This document shows, piece by piece, positions 17,788 through 26,314 of a stretch of DNA of 40,275 bases. Every line of letters starts with the position of its first letter. The stretch's first letter is position 1. The notes beneath the pieces were generated by a model, which had not been told where the DNA came from, did not search any database, and saw only the letters and a program-made list of their open reading frames with translations. The position numbers and the translations under genes were made by a program. The DNA is taken from IMG/VR virus record IMGVR_UViG_3300024232_000030, positions 1 to 40,275 of that record. One strand, written 5' to 3'. The DNA is from a virus. Lineage: Duplodnaviria > Caudoviricetes.

Positions 17788-17980
17788 CTTGCATTCCTCC
17801 CTTCGGGAGTTCGAGCGGGAAGACCTCTACCGTCTCGAACCTCCGGCTTTTCATCGAATCTTCCCCGAGGAGCTGCTCCATCCGCCGGAAGAGGAACGTC
17901 TCCCGCATCCTGGCTCGTAGGATCTCCATGTCAGTCCCTTCGGGAAACTCGAACTCAAGCACTGCGCGCACTCTGATCAC
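17762..17980 (-). CDS. hypothetical protein
   Basis: Coupled ORF. Confidence 0.5.
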   Translation of the reverse strand: MIRVRAVLEFEFPEGTDMEILRARMRETFLFRRMEQLLGEDSMKSRRFETVEVFPLELPKGGMQDASIHPPK

Positions 17981-18171
17981 TTTGCACCTCTTCGTTCCTT
18001 CTCCCAGAGCAGAGCGACCCGCACAAGATGCGCGAGCACGACTGCCTCCAGGTAGATCGTATTTGACGTAGTCAAGCCGTTCTCCGTCGTCAGAACAACC
18101 GTCCCAGTCTCCTCCTCATACGCAGCATAAACGCCGTCGCCGAGGTATACCTTCTTGTGTGGATCGCTCAT
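17977..18171 (-). CDS. phage hypothetical protein (YLGDGVY motif)
   Basis: YLGDGVYA..LTTENG..IYLE pattern; start MSDPH. Confidence 0.6.
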   Translation of the reverse strand: MSDPHKKVYLGDGVYAAYEEETGTVVLTTENGLTTSNTIYLEAVVLAHLVRVALLWEKERRGAK

Positions 18172-18329
18172 ACGCGGTTCCTCTTCCTGCTTGCCTTTGC
18201 AATGCGAGCACGGGCTTGAGCTTTCAGCTGCTTCTTGCTTTTGCGCGCTGGCTTCCGTCGAACGCGCGAAGCGAGTTGCTCGAGCGGTGATTCTGCCAGC
18301 ATCCTGCGAATTGCATCTTCGAATCCCAT
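18168..18329 (-). CDS. 53 aa highly basic protein
   Basis: Hand translation MGFEDAIRRML...ARIAKASRKRNRV; AGGAGGAG SD. Confidence 0.55.
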   Translation of the reverse strand: MGFEDAIRRMLAESPLEQLASRVRRKPARKSKKQLKAQARARIAKASRKRNRV

Positions 18330-18352
18330 CTTCTCCTCCTGGCGTGAAGCGC

Positions 18353-19306
18353 CTACCGCGTAACTGCAATCAATGGCGTCGTTCGTGGACGCACCGGCTT
18401 ATCCTCCGGCCCCTTCAAATGTGGGTGGATGTAGAGAGGCAGATGCTTCTCGATCGACGGATACCACTGCTGACGAATGTGTCCACGTACGCTCCATCGG
18501 AAGTCGTACTCGCGAACTGCCCTCTCATGCTCTGCGCTTGCAGATTCGATCGACTCGTTCTGCTTCGCAGCATAACTGCGCATGTAGACGACTTGCACCT
18601 TACGCTCCGCGAGCTTATCAGCTCCTGCGGATTGCATCCGCTTCCGGGCGTGCCGTTCCACGGCTGCCTGTTCCGTGCGGAGCAGTTTCTGCCGCAGGAA
18701 GATCGCTGCGCAGCAGACGAATCTCGCGAGCGTGTCGAGTTCCGTGTGCGTCTGAGGAACGTCCGGCCCCGAATCGATCTTCCGCTGCATGTACGAATCC
18801 ATCGGCTCGCCTTCAGCGACGCTGAGCCAGAGCGAAGACGCAGGAATGGTCCTGTTACGAGACGCAAGTGGATCAGTCGTCCACGCAGTAATTCCGATCA
18901 TGGGAACGCCTTGTGCGCTAAGCGCATAGCCCCAAGAAATCGCCTTGACGGGGATGAATGCCCCTGCACGAGCACCTGCGTCGGGATCTGCAATCTGCAT
19001 CATGAAGGGTTCCTTCTCGAAATAGTGATACGCGAAGTCGACGGGCCAGAGCTCTCGTGTGCAGAGGATGTCCTTGAGCGAGATGTCCTTCGATAGTGCG
19101 TTCACCATCTGCACGCACTTCGCGTTCCAGTAGAAGGGCGATGCATGCGTAAGCATGATCACGTCGTCCTGCCACATACGAACTTCGTTCGGGTGCACAC
19201 GCTTGCGGAGCACGGGATTGCGGGTTGCGTAGAACGTGATGCGCAGCGATTCGAGCATCATCTCCGCTGCTTCGCTGTAGCGATTCATTCTCTCCTCCCC
19301 GTTCAA
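18353..19306 (-). CDS. hypothetical phage protein
   Basis: C-terminal RWSVRGHxRxQWYP..HxKGPxDxP motif. Confidence 0.7.
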   Translation of the reverse strand: MNGEERMNRYSEAAEMMLESLRITFYATRNPVLRKRVHPNEVRMWQDDVIMLTHASPFYWNAKCVQMVNALSKDISLKDILCTRELWPVDFAYHYFEKEPFMMQIADPDAGARAGAFIPVKAISWGYALSAQGVPMIGITAWTTDPLASRNRTIPASSLWLSVAEGEPMDSYMQRKIDSGPDVPQTHTELDTLARFVCCAAIFLRQKLLRTEQAAVERHARKRMQSAGADKLAERKVQVVYMRSYAAKQNESIESASAEHERAVREYDFRWSVRGHIRQQWYPSIEKHLPLYIHPHLKGPEDKPVRPRTTPLIAVTR

Positions 19307-19527
19307 TCCACTGCAACCTTGTAGAAGTGCCCCGTCTTAAACATCTCCGTGTCCCAAAACCACTTGTATCGCGGATCATCTCCGTGTACAGCAAGAAACT
19401 CTTCGCGCGTTGCAGGGCCGATCACGACGCCCCAGCACTCCCCATCTGCGTTTGAGACGTGTACGCGCTCACCGATTTTCACGTCGGCACGATTCGATCC
19501 ACTGACTATGTAATGTGCGTCAGTCAT
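19303..19527 (-). CDS. hypothetical protein
   Basis: Coupled ORF. Confidence 0.55.
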   Translation of the reverse strand: MTDAHYIVSGSNRADVKIGERVHVSNADGECWGVVIGPATREEFLAVHGDDPRYKWFWDTEMFKTGHFYKVAVD

Positions 19528-19946
19528 CGTGATAGGAAGAGCAGGTACACTGCGTCAACCTCTCCATCCGTGAAATGCACGTTGATCGTCGGGTATCCAC
19601 CCGTTCCATACCCTCTTCCGTGCTTCAGCAGGAACTCGGCGACTGCTGCCGTGATCTTGAGCGTATCGATCTTCCCGGAGCCCGGTCGCCCGAACTTCCC
19701 GACGTACCGATTCGACCTATCGTTGTAGGTGATTGAATCGAGCGTTCCCACGTAGACGGGATGCTCGCGCTCGGATTCCTCCTGCACTGCCTTCCGTGCA
19801 GCGTTGTAGTCTTCGCCCCTATCGCGTGCCGCCTGGGCCAGTTCGCTCGCATACGCGATCTTATTCGTAGGCCGTGGAACACTTGAGAAGTACTCTGCAT
19901 CCGTCTCGTGCAGTTCTGGTTCGCCGTTTCCATGCTGATCAGCCAT
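19524..19946 (-). CDS. hypothetical protein
   Basis: Coupled ORF. Confidence 0.6.
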   Translation of the reverse strand: MADQHGNGEPELHETDAEYFSSVPRPTNKIAYASELAQAARDRGEDYNAARKAVQEESEREHPVYVGTLDSITYNDRSNRYVGKFGRPGSGKIDTLKITAAVAEFLLKHGRGYGTGGYPTINVHFTDGEVDAVYLLFLSR

Positions 19947-20184
19947 TCTTCACTCCTTCTCTCGTATGCACCGTAAACTCCGTGCAACATCTCGGACAGA
20001 CTGCTTGCAGGGACTGCGCTGGAGCGGTGGAAACCGCCGTCGCTTGCGAAGCAAGGACGGCCCTCACCTCCTTCGCCCGTTCGAGAATCGTCCAGCGCCG
20101 CTCCGTTCCGTAGTGCGGATTCTCGCAGAGGGCGATGATCCGCCTGATTCGATCTTCGATGAACTCTTCCTGCTCTCTAGTCAT
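19939..20184 (-). CDS. hypothetical protein, possibly from a leaderless transcript
   Basis: TAGAAT lies 5 nt before the ATG; no SD. Confidence 0.5.
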   Translation of the reverse strand: MTREQEEFIEDRIRRIIALCENPHYGTERRWTILERAKEVRAVLASQATAVSTAPAQSLQAVCPRCCTEFTVHTREGVKNG

Positions 20185-20271
20185 GATTCATTCTATAACA
20201 CTTGCATGTTCGATCCTACGGACGCTGCTTCGCACGTCTTGCAGATTCCCCGGCTACATCGCTCTTGTGCT

Positions 20272-21099
20272 TTAGTCGTTGACGACGAGCAACGTACTCC
20301 CGTCGAACGCAACGTACTCGACGCCCAGCAGATCGCCCTCGCTGCTGCGTTTGACGACGCCATTCGTAAAGGTTCGTCCTCCGAAGTCCACCTCACGCGG
20401 CCAGGTCGTGCTGATCCCGAGCGTGCTTGCTTCTTCGGTGAATTCCTCGCGCGTCCGGGCGATCGCTTCCGTTTCTTGCGCGACGCTCGCGAAGGTTGCC
20501 TCCGCAGGCAGCATCTTCAGATCCGGTACGCCTCCTCGCCCCCACGGCAACCCCCACTTGCTCGCGCAGATCGGTCCGTACCCCGCCGTGACGCTTCCTG
20601 CGTCGGTAAGGGGCAGATTGCAAAAGCTGCAGCGGCACATCAGCGCGCCGTAGGCACGAGCCGCAGCCGCTGGATCCTTCGCGACAAGCGCGATGCATGC
20701 GAGGACATCCGGGCGGGACGCCAGGGGTCCTTCGACTCGCCCATCCGAGCAGATCCTGCCGATCCACTCATGCTCAATCTTCACCTGGATCGCACCAGCC
20801 GCCTTGCTGCCGAGGCCGGCGAGCGACAGCCGCATCTCGCGCTGATCGGGAGAGAGGAATCGGGCCTTCGGGAACTTCAACCCGCTCGCATGTGCGTTCT
20901 GCAAGAACTTAACAATCTCCGCTGCGTCCATGTGCACTGCTGGAGGGAGCGACGGAACTGCAATCTTCGCTGCTTCGCAGATGTCAGTGCTCTCGTGCCG
21001 TACGCCATACCCACGTTCCCAGAGCACTCGTACTCCCGCAGGGATCGATCCGCCACAGCGTTTACAAACGCCGGGATACTTCGAGATGATCGTTGTCAT
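20272..21099 (-). CDS. DUF6011-domain zinc-binding protein
   Basis: CSFCNLPLTDxxSVxxGYGPICA; N-terminal CKRC. Confidence 0.75.
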   Translation of the reverse strand: MTTIISKYPGVCKRCGGSIPAGVRVLWERGYGVRHESTDICEAAKIAVPSLPPAVHMDAAEIVKFLQNAHASGLKFPKARFLSPDQREMRLSLAGLGSKAAGAIQVKIEHEWIGRICSDGRVEGPLASRPDVLACIALVAKDPAAAARAYGALMCRCSFCNLPLTDAGSVTAGYGPICASKWGLPWGRGGVPDLKMLPAEATFASVAQETEAIARTREEFTEEASTLGISTTWPREVDFGGRTFTNGVVKRSSEGDLLGVEYVAFDGSTLLVVND

Positions 21100-21156
21100 G
21101 TGCTTTGCACTCCTCTGCTTCGCACAGCACCATGCTGTGCTTCTTTGCTCTTGATC

Positions 21157-21348
21157 TTACCCTTTCCTCGGCTGCACCACACGGGACGCCTCGCGAGGCC
21201 GCTGCACAATCTTCTCGTCGATCATACTCCGTAGCAGCGTCTGGACGTTCACTCCCCGGCCATCTGCCATGTCTTGCAGCGCAGTTGCCTGTTCCAGCGG
21301 GACGCTGAACGTGATCATCACCTTCATTCCATTTCTTGATGCTACCAT
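21157..21348 (-). CDS. ribbon-helix-helix (CopG-like) DNA-binding protein
   Basis: Alternating beta strand MITFSV then two helices with A..RGV...LLR; own promoter. Confidence 0.5.
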   Translation of the reverse strand: MVASRNGMKVMITFSVPLEQATALQDMADGRGVNVQTLLRSMIDEKIVQRPREASRVVQPRKG

Positions 21349-21368
21349 TTGCCTACGCTCCTGAAGGA

Positions 21369-21397
21369 ATTATACATGTAAAGCAGGTTGAATTCAA
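21369..21397 (-). promoter_or_regulatory. sigma70-type promoter TTGAAT-N17-TATAAT
   Basis: Reverse complement of attata 21369-21374 and attcaa 21392-21397. Confidence 0.7.
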
Positions 21398-21446
21398 CGG
21401 GACGTTTCTTCGATCAATGCCTGATCCTCCGGTGCCTGATCCTCAC

Positions 21447-21479
21447 GTGCGAAGCACGTACGAAGCAGGTGCGAAGCAC
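21447..21479. repeat. three tandem 11-bp units GTGCGAAGCAC / GTACGAAGCAG / GTGCGAAGCAC
   Basis: Read directly; preceded by two copies of TGCCTGATCCTC. Confidence 0.85.
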
Positions 21480-22048
21480 TACTCATGCTTCTTACAACTA
21501 TACCGTCCCGGCAACCGGGAATGCCGTCTCGTCGTGCTCTGTCCGCATTGCCAGCAACGTCCACGCTTCACATAGCTGTTCGCAACAATCTCTCCAGTCG
21601 GCGGCCCTGAAGCAAGATCCGCCCGATCCACTTGGCTCGTCTCGAAGAGGACGCAAAGTGCGTCCAGCACCTGTACGAATGGCCTCGTGTGCCCTACCGC
21701 GAGCGTTGCAAGATGATGCGCATACTCATGCAGCACGATCCCCACCCTCAAACACGGCTTTCCCGTCGCTGCGAATCGATACTGTGGAGCGGGCAGGGAG
21801 ATCCACGGCCGAACAACCCCTGAAGGCCGACGCTTAATCCCCGCCCTTCCGCGCTTTCCCGCGAAGACTACCTGCAAACGTCCGAGCAAGAAGTTCCCCA
21901 CATACACAGGACGCACTCTCACGAGCCACCGCACGATGGCCAATGCCTCTTCTTTCGAGCACGGCGTATCATGCAAACGGCGCAGCCGCTCTTTCTCCTG
22001 TGACGCACCAAAAACACTATCATACTCGCCGATGCACATCTTCTCCAT
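21479..22048 (-). CDS. SprT-like zinc metalloprotease
   Basis: VLHEYAH..GHTRPF; C-terminal Cys/His cluster. Confidence 0.65.
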   Translation of the reverse strand: MEKMCIGEYDSVFGASQEKERLRRLHDTPCSKEEALAIVRWLVRVRPVYVGNFLLGRLQVVFAGKRGRAGIKRRPSGVVRPWISLPAPQYRFAATGKPCLRVGIVLHEYAHHLATLAVGHTRPFVQVLDALCVLFETSQVDRADLASGPPTGEIVANSYVKRGRCWQCGQSTTRRHSRLPGRYSCKKHE

Positions 22049-22130
22049 ACCTCATTCTCCTTACAAAGCTGGTGCGAAGCACCGGACGGCCCCTTAAAAT
22101 AGCGCGCCCTGCTTTGCTTTCAGCAAATCG

Positions 22131-22304
22131 CTATGCGCCTTTCAACAGGAGCTCTTCGAACGCCTTCCAGGCGTCGCGTACTGCTTTGCAGTATGGGCAG
22201 TCCTTTGCACAGCAGCGTCCGAGCTGTGGATCTTTCCAGCCGCACCGTAGCTTCGCTATGCGCTTTGCTCTGTAGTACAGAGCACGTGCTTCGGCTTTAG
22301 TCAT
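22131..22304 (-). CDS. small Cys-rich hypothetical protein
   Basis: CC..CPYC; start MTKAEA. Confidence 0.45.
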   Translation of the reverse strand: MTKAEARALYYRAKRIAKLRCGWKDPQLGRCCAKDCPYCKAVRDAWKAFEELLLKGA

Positions 22305-22339
22305 ACGATCATTATCCCTGCAACGCGCTGTGCGAAGCA

Positions 22340-23128
22340 CTATTCCTCGAACGGCTCCCAAACCTTCGGATCGATGTAGCTCTTCATCGCCTGGCCGGGC
22401 TTGTTCCCCAACACTTCACTTACCTTCGTTGCCACGATCTTCTGATAGAGCTTGACGCCCTTCTTGCTGGTTGGCCGCTCGATCTTCAAGAGCTCTTGCA
22501 CCAGCGCTCGAGCCAGTTCGTTCGCCCTCCACGTGCGCACGTCGTGCACCTTCCTCAGCCCGATCTTCTTCATGTAGCGGAGCGTCTGTGCTGCTTCGTG
22601 CGGGAAGAGCTTCGTCGCGCCTTCCGCTTCGCGTGAGCGCACGTAGGCTGCGAAGAGATCGTCCTTCACTTCATGATCCTGCAGAATGCCGTGCTTCCCC
22701 GGGAAGCGCAGCCTCACGCTCTCAGGCGAAGCCTGCACATGCTGCATCAGCAGGCTGCTTGCCCCGAAGGATTCCTTCGTCCCCTGCGGTGCGCCGCCGT
22801 TCCGCAGGCCTGTCAGCATGATCAAGTACGCGGTCATGGCCACATGCCGATCTTCGCCCGATCCACTCGCATCACGCAGGATGCGCGATTCAATCCTCTG
22901 CATCCGCTCCGCGTTGAGCTTGCGAACGCGACGCCACTTGGCCTCGGCCGACCGAGCAGTGAAAGCCTTGCTGTACAAGTAGAATGTCTTCCCTGCTGCG
23001 GTACGCGCTGTGGCCTGCAAGTCCGCGTTCGGATCATCACTGATCATCACGTTCGTGTACGCTGGTGGAATTCCCCGAGCCTTGGCCTCTGCGGGCGTTG
23101 CGGGGCGCAATCCTTCTGCTCTGCACAT
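22340..23128 (-). CDS. type IB DNA topoisomerase (bacterial/poxvirus-like), 262 aa
   Basis: IPPAY, LQA, QY-like FYLY, TGLRxG, FGASSL, FPGKHG, DVRTW, LGN and SYIDP motifs; AAGGAGG SD. Confidence 0.9.
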   Translation of the reverse strand: MCRAEGLRPATPAEAKARGIPPAYTNVMISDDPNADLQATARTAAGKTFYLYSKAFTARSAEAKWRRVRKLNAERMQRIESRILRDASGSGEDRHVAMTAYLIMLTGLRNGGAPQGTKESFGASSLLMQHVQASPESVRLRFPGKHGILQDHEVKDDLFAAYVRSREAEGATKLFPHEAAQTLRYMKKIGLRKVHDVRTWRANELARALVQELLKIERPTSKKGVKLYQKIVATKVSEVLGNKPGQAMKSYIDPKVWEPFEE

Positions 23129-23150
23129 CGTGCACCTCCTTTCAACTATT

Positions 23151-23179
23151 ATTATGCCACAGCTTGATCGAAGAAGCAA
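23151..23179 (-). promoter_or_regulatory. promoter TTGCTT-N17-CATAAT with extended -10, driving the topoisomerase
   Basis: TGgCATAAT just upstream of the SD. Confidence 0.6.
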
Positions 23180-23592
23180 CCCTGGACGGGCGCGTGCTGC
23201 GTGCGGCAGTTTCCCCGTGCCCTGTACGCAGTGTTGCTAGCTACGGCATTCGGGACGGCATGAACACGGCCCTGGACCACAGCTCGCGGCTGAAAGCAAC
23301 AGGAAAAACGCTATCCTTTCGATCGTTCGTCTTTGTCCGCAGGGTCGTCTTTGGCCCGGGCACAAGTTCGTGCGCTTTGCGCAAAAACATTCAATGAATC
23401 TGCGAGGCTTGCAAACTTCGCGTATAACGCGCGATCGCAGCGCGCAGCATAGTAACCTATGCAGGTTCCCCCTCGCGCGTTACATCGCAGATATGCGCGT
23501 TTCGCGCCCGGGCAGCAACCTTCGAAGGAAAGCCACCCCCGGGGGAGGGGTGCGTATCATTATTTATATATCGCGCGGCGCGATTTTCCGGG

Positions 23593-23621
23593 TTGCCCTG
23601 CGAAGGCAGGTGTAGTAGTAT
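23593..23621 (+). promoter_or_regulatory. rightward promoter TTGCCC-N17-TAGTAT
   Basis: Precedes GGAGGT SD and ATG 23639. Confidence 0.5.
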
Positions 23622-23638
23622 ATAGATGGAGGTAGGCA

Positions 23639-23836
23639 ATGAACGAAAACGCAATGCGGTACACATTCAGAAAGGGCCCGGCGGTTTACACGTTCCTCGT
23701 CCACGAGAGCGGGGACGTGCAAGTCGAGGCCTTCATCGACGGCGTTCGGACGCGCCGGTTCACGACCGAGATCGAAGACGCGCGCGTTCGCATCGCCCGT
23801 CTGAAGAGCCAGGGGTTCACCGCAAAATTTTCGTAG
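23639..23836 (+). CDS. hypothetical early protein
   Basis: 65 aa ORF with GGAGGT SD. Confidence 0.6.
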   Translation: MNENAMRYTFRKGPAVYTFLVHESGDVQVEAFIDGVRTRRFTTEIEDARVRIARLKSQGFTAKFS

Positions 23837-23924
23837 AAACCGGTTGCCATGCATGCAACCGCAGCTCGTGATAGAATGTTCTTAGTTCGAAGAGCGCAAT
23901 CAAGCGCACAAAGGAGAAGAGAAA

Positions 23925-24290
23925 ATGACACAAGCACAGGCACAGACAGTTCAGCTGGCGCAGGATCTTCAGGCGAAGCGCGAAGCGCACATGGTCGTCC
24001 TCGAGGCCCTCCCGATGCCGAAAGCGCGCTTCAAGAAGTTCCCGTACGAGTCGCTCGATGAGGCGATCAAGGACGGCTTCAAGCTTCTCGACGGCGACAA
24101 ACGCACTGGCAAGGACTTCGCGTTCAGCCTGCTCGTGAAGGGTTACAACACGACGATGTGGCGGAAGGCCGCCGAGAAGAACCGCGAGACGCGCGACGCG
24201 GTCGCGGAAGGCGATATCGAGATCGCCGTGAAGAAAGTTCGCGCGAAGAAGGCGGCTGCCGCTGCCGAGCCGAAAGGAGAGAGCGCGTAG
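23925..24290 (+). CDS. Lys/Ala-rich early protein
   Basis: AAGGAG SD; extended -10 TGaTAGAAT at 23869-23877. Confidence 0.7.
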   Translation: MTQAQAQTVQLAQDLQAKREAHMVVLEALPMPKARFKKFPYESLDEAIKDGFKLLDGDKRTGKDFAFSLLVKGYNTTMWRKAAEKNRETRDAVAEGDIEIAVKKVRAKKAAAAAEPKGESA

Positions 24291-24351
24291 GCGCTTCGCA
24301 GCCTGCACCGGAGCTCGAGCTGCCCGTTCGAGCTCCGTCTGGAGGTTACGA

Positions 24352-24585
24352 ATGAATGCAACTCTTCGTCTCGGCGTCACGCCTTGTCCGGTCTGCGGAG
24401 CAGGCCAGCTCGATCACCAGGTGATGGACGTGGATGTTCCCGTCTTCCCCGTTCCCTACTTCGGCGGGGAACTCCCGCGCAGCACTCCCCGACCTACGGT
24501 CGTCTTCGCCTGCAATTGCTGCGAGTACGTCGTTGAAGCAAACCAGCAGCTGGAGTATAATGCTCAGAGAAGGAGGAGCGCATGA
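24352..24585 (+). CDS. zinc-ribbon protein
   Basis: CPVCG and CNCC motifs. Confidence 0.6.
   Translation: MNATLRLGVTPCPVCGAGQLDHQVMDVDVPVFPVPYFGGELPRSTPRPTVVFACNCCEYVVEANQQLEYNAQRRRSA
24533..24561 (+). promoter_or_regulatory. sigma70-type promoter TTGAAG-N17-TATAAT
   Basis: Read directly, upstream of AAGGAGG SD. Confidence 0.6.
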
Positions 24586-24773
24586 GCTTGACGCAAGAGC
24601 AGGTTGCAACGTATGTGAAGTCCCTTCACGAGAAGGGGAAAATCTCCGCCGAAGAGTGCGAGGCATACCTCGACGCCCTCGAGAGCAATTTCGAAGAGGG
24701 TGCGTATGAAGACTACGCCTCGCTCTGGCTGGACGTGGAACTCTACATCAAGATGATGGACGGTGCAGAATGA
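24582..24773 (+). CDS. acidic hypothetical protein
   Basis: 63 aa ORF with strong SD. Confidence 0.6.
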   Translation: MSLTQEQVATYVKSLHEKGKISAEECEAYLDALESNFEEGAYEDYASLWLDVELYIKMMDGAE

Positions 24774-25039
24774 GCGACTCGAACATCGGCCCGTATCCTC
24801 CCGGCACGACGAGCGCCGAAGGCTTCGCCTCATACAGCGTCTGCATGATGACGCTCGAGCAGGAGCCAGGCGCATTCCTCATGATCACAACTCTCCCCGT
24901 CCTGCGGAGCATCTTCCGCCTTCGGGACGAAGCGCTGGCGCGAATCGAGCGCGAAGCGGCTGGAGGCATCTGCCGCGTCTTCCTCTCCCAGCCGAACCTT
25001 CTCCACGTCACTAGAATCACAATCATTCGTGTGGGATAA
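24770..25039 (+). CDS. hypothetical protein
   Basis: ATGA-coupled ORF. Confidence 0.5.
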   Translation: MSDSNIGPYPPGTTSAEGFASYSVCMMTLEQEPGAFLMITTLPVLRSIFRLRDEALARIEREAAGGICRVFLSQPNLLHVTRITIIRVG

Positions 25040-25307
25040 TCTCATCATGATCTACATCTATCACCCCAAGCCGAAGGACGCTGCGCACGAAGCTCGCCTG
25101 GCATCGAGCGTAGCTCTGGCAGAAGTACCGTCAGAGAGTAAAGCGCGCAGCGGTCGCACCTATCAAATTCGCTTGGCACTGCACGAGAATGCAATCTTCT
25201 GCACGTGCGAAGCATGGTGGCACAGCTTCGCAGGACCTGATCCCACCCGTCACGAGTGCAAGCATCTTCGGGCATTCAAAGCGACGCTGCTCTCTGCTGC
25301 GAAGTAG
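25029..25307 (+). CDS. SWIM zinc-finger protein
   Basis: TYxI..CTC...CKH; start may be ATG 25047. Confidence 0.7.
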   Translation: MWDNLIMIYIYHPKPKDAAHEARLASSVALAEVPSESKARSGRTYQIRLALHENAIFCTCEAWWHSFAGPDPTRHECKHLRAFKATLLSAAK

Positions 25308-25386
25308 TCCCTCTCCTCTCGTTCATGCCGAAGGCCTGTGCGAAGCACGAACGGCCTTCAAAGGGCAGATCATCGAATCCAGAACG

Positions 25387-25416
25387 TTGACGTACACTTA
25401 GGCCTTGATCTATAAT
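25387..25416 (+). promoter_or_regulatory. sigma70-type promoter TTGACG-N18-TATAAT ahead of the packaging operon
   Basis: Near-consensus; ATG 25423 lies at the expected start site (leaderless). Confidence 0.7.
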
Positions 25417-25422
25417 GAATGC

Positions 25423-25860
25423 ATGAATCGTGGTCTCGACGTGATCGAGGACGGCGTCGTCGTTCTCCCGCAGCAGAGTCGTGCGGCAGACGTGCGAAGC
25501 ACTGCGGCTGAGAACGGCAGGCGAAGCCTATTCTACTTCATGACGGCCATCCTCGATCGCTCTGCGTGTGAGGACGTGTGCAGTTTTCTCCAGCGTGAGT
25601 TCGGCCGTAGGAGCAAGACGGTCATTCTTCCTGCCCGTCTTGCTCGCTCGTATGCCGAGGCACTCGCGCTCTGGGCGCAAGTTCGTGGGACGGCAGTGCA
25701 AGTGCTGCTCGCGGACAGTGCACCCGTTGATCCCTCACGTGCAGTGAACGAAACCTTCAAGTGGCTCTACGGCCCTGCTCGCGAAGCGAGCGCCGGCAGC
25801 GCTTGGATCCTGATCGTCCCGAGCACATGCGACGTGCTTGATGGTCGCAAGCTCAAATAG
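25423..25860 (+). CDS. hypothetical protein, possibly a degenerate TerL N-terminal remnant
   Basis: RRSLFYF..IL..C.FLQ..VILP..LW..NETFKWL. Confidence 0.45.
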   Translation: MNRGLDVIEDGVVVLPQQSRAADVRSTAAENGRRSLFYFMTAILDRSACEDVCSFLQREFGRRSKTVILPARLARSYAEALALWAQVRGTAVQVLLADSAPVDPSRAVNETFKWLYGPAREASAGSAWILIVPSTCDVLDGRKLK

Positions 25861-25870
25861 GAGAAGGCAG

Positions 25871-26314
25871 ATGGCATATCAACGGGTAAACCCCGAAGCA
25901 ACAGCACATATTCCGCGCGTTCATTCTCTCGCCGAGGCACAGAAGCGAGGGCGTCCGCCCGGCAGCATTAACCTCCGCACGAAGCAGGCTGCGGCGTACG
26001 CGAGGGAAGTTGTCGAGGATCCCGCGTACCGAGCGAAGCTGATGGAGCGCGCACGGAACGGCGAGCTCGGTAGCATGGAACCTATTCTCTGGGCCTACGC
26101 CTACGGCAAGCCGATCGAGCAAGTCAAGCTCATGAATGCCGACGGCAGCAACGCTCTTGACCTGAGCACTCTCTCAGCCGGCGAACTCGCACAACGCGCG
26201 TTGCATCTGCACGCCGTTCTTCAGGCTGCCGCCGAAGCGCAGCAGGAGAAGGAGGCGATGCGTGAAGCGGAAGCGCAGGACGCGATCCCGGAAGGCTCGA
26301 GCACGATCCAGTAG
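25871..26314 (+). CDS. terminase small subunit (putative)
   Basis: GRPPGSIN and YAYGKP motifs; position upstream of TerL. Confidence 0.65.
   Translation: MAYQRVNPEATAHIPRVHSLAEAQKRGRPPGSINLRTKQAAAYAREVVEDPAYRAKLMERARNGELGSMEPILWAYAYGKPIEQVKLMNADGSNALDLSTLSAGELAQRALHLHAVLQAAAEAQQEKEAMREAEAQDAIPEGSSTIQ

Noticed and set aside
19966-21234. Long plus-strand ORFs in the left arm (also 13304-14224, 18155-19096) and minus-strand 29968-31215
   Set aside because: Antisense shadows of well-supported genes in GC-rich DNA, with no motifs
22340-23128. Integrase or tyrosine recombinase
   Set aside because: IPPAY, LQA, FxGK, RTW, LGN and YIDP motifs are TopIB-specific; no att site or repressor is seen
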